Source: Chiloscyllium plagiosum (taxonomy: Eukaryota). Taken from it: DNA of 64,000 nt. The notes below the pieces were generated by a model. It worked only from the letters and a program-made list of their open reading frames with translations, made no database searches and was not told the origin of the DNA. Made by a program: the position numbers and the translations under genes. Of the stretch, positions 62,160 through 64,000 are shown in pieces. The stretch is taken from NCBI RefSeq assembly GCF_004010195.1, contig NC_057718.1, forward strand, positions 99,381,112-99,445,111. The letters run 5' to 3'. Within the stretch, counting starts at the first letter, position 1. Each line of letters begins with the position of its first letter.

Positions 62160-63060
62160 AGATTAAATTAATGGGGTCGACTATGACATGGAGACTACTT
62201 TTGAGGGGCAGAAATTCACGTAAATGAATTACGGTAATTCCACACGTGCTATAGGGGAACGCAGCTCACTGAGCTGTACATAATGGGGGGGTTAGGTGAA
62301 AGTGAGGACTGCAGATGCTGGAAATCAGAGTGCAGATTAGAGAAGGGCTGGAAAAGCACAGCAGGTCAGGCATCCAAGGAGCAGGAAAATCAACATTTCG
62401 GGCAAAAGCCCTTCATCAGGAAAGGCTTCATCAGGATGAAGGGCTTTTGCCCGAAACATCGATTTTCCTGCTCCTGGGATGCTGCTTGACCTGCTGTGCT
62501 TTTCCACAATGGGAGATTGTCACCACACTCTGATATGGGATGCATCTGCAATTTTCACGCCAAATTCTTTCATTTCCCACTATTTTCTCTTGTCCACTGT
62601 TGTTTTAGCTTCTCAAACTACCACTTTAACCTTTCATTTCTGATAAAAATGTTATCAGACATTTGACTCTCATACAGTCTCACCAATCATTGTAACCATG
62701 AGAAATCGTCACCAGCTGCATGGTAATTATTGTGAGCTAAATGCACGTAGGCCTGTCTTATTTAGAAAATGATGGTGTGATAAACTTTGTATCACACTAA
62801 TTACACTAATTATAGCGCTCATGCGATAATGATCTTAAGAAATCTGTAATCCACGTTGGTGTGGACTCGACATCAAAACACATAATAGCACGGGAAAGAA
62901 AATTCATTTCCTCATCGTAACATAATACCTTGACTCAGAAATCTCAATCTGTCATCTGTGAAGAACTAGGATTGACTTTTACATGAGATATACGGAAAAT
63001 TCCAGATCTTTTGGTCAAAAATAGGGTGTCGACTTTTATGTGGGATTGATTTTCACTTGA
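62160..63060. mobile_element. Possible DNA-transposon remnant (pogo/Tc2-like subterminal repeats)
   Basis: Recurrent GGGTCGACT...ACATG-like motifs at ~62174, ~62968 and ~63024; no complete TIR pair seen. Confidence 0.3.
62294..62506. mobile_element. Palindromic PLE family A insertion
   Basis: Arms meet at GCCCTTCATCAGG...GATGAAGGGC; antisense core at 62413-62419. Confidence 0.85.
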
Positions 63061-63061
63061 C

Positions 63062-64000
63062 CTCTTTTATTGCAAAAATATACTTTATTCATAGAAAAAA
63101 ATCTTTGGTACATATACAATTAATGAAGCCATTCAGATTGACACTTACAGAGAACGAACTAACTGACGTTCACCATTCTGTATATTTGCCGTCAACCTCT
63201 TGGTATTTAGCTGAGGTGTCAGCGGGGCCCAATTACTGAATGAGTCCCCATTATTCTTCAGCAGAAGGACCTCAGACGGTGGTCTTTCCCCATTGCGCCT
63301 TGGCAGCAATTACTCCAAGCTTCAGCCTGTCCCTCAGCACGTAGTCCTGGATCTTGGAATGTGTCCGTCTGCAACATTCGGTCAGGGTCAACTCCTTCAG
63401 CTGGAAGATCAGCAGGTTTTGGACCGCCCAGAGAGCGTCCTTCACCGAGTTGATGATCCTCCAGGCACAGTTGATGTTCGTCTCGGTGTGCGTCCCGGGG
63501 AACAGGCCGTAGAGCAGGGAGTCCCGTGTCACGGCGCTGCTCGGGACGAACCTCGACAAACACCACTGCATTCCTCTCCAGACTCCCTCTGCATAGGCAC
63601 ATTCCAGAAGGAGGTGTGTGACAGTCTCGTCCCCCCCGCAGCCACTTCGAGGGCAGCGTGCGGTACGGCTGAGAGCCCTTCTCACCACCAGCCAAGCCAT
63701 GTCTTGGTGCTTGTTGGAAAGTTCTGACAATGAGGCATTCTGCCAAATGGCTTTGACAGTCTGCTCAAGGAACCGCTCGATAGGATTTGCCCTCTCCTTT
63801 TCCCGAAGGGTCTGACCACTTCCTGATGGACTTGTGGTCAAAGGTGTTTTTCTTCATAAACTTCTCCACGAAGGACAGGTGATACGGAACGGTCCAACTA
63901 CTCGGAGCGTTCCGCGGCAGCGAGGCCAGGCCCATCCTTCGCAACACCGGGGACAGGTAGAACCTCAGTACGTAGTAACACTTGGTGTTTGTGCACTGGG
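63062..64000 (-). mobile_element. L1-Tx1-clade LINE 3' part (ORF2 C-terminal zinc-finger region), running off the window end
   Basis: ELSNKHQDMAWLVVRRAL...CPRSGCGGDETVTHLLLEC...WRIINSVKDALW (CCHC, zf-RVT-like); stop at 63272; two AATAAA on minus near 63065-63090; frameshifted. Confidence 0.88.

Overview
This is repeat-dense eukaryotic DNA, most likely intronic or intergenic. The HE1-type SINEs and their CR1/HER1-type partner LINE tails point to a shark or ray (elasmobranch) genome. I could not identify any host protein-coding gene; a few unique CpG-rich patches and splice-site-bounded segments are only weak exon candidates. Contents: about 20 tRNA-derived HE1/V-SINE copies, many decayed CR1 LINE fragments (longest about 2.3 kb at 43.3-45.6 kb), Rex1/Babar and L1-Tx1 3' fragments, L2-like pieces, two solo-LTR-like elements, a Tc1/mariner-type MITE, three minisatellites and two assembly gaps. 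The most notable hidden structure is about 20 short insertions derived from the termini of several distinct Penelope-like element (PLE) families. They carry minimal hammerhead-ribozyme motifs (CUGANGA-helix II-GAAA-NUH) whose helices I and II co-vary between families. Many share one design: TSD / ~35-nt tail + pLTR / inverted pLTR without tail / TSD, with the fold or truncation point at the ribozyme core. One longer copy keeps a Neptune-type GIY-YIG endonuclease frame. There is also an unexplained 250-bp inverted repeat and several locally templated insertions and duplications. All coordinates were read by eye and repeat ends are approximate.
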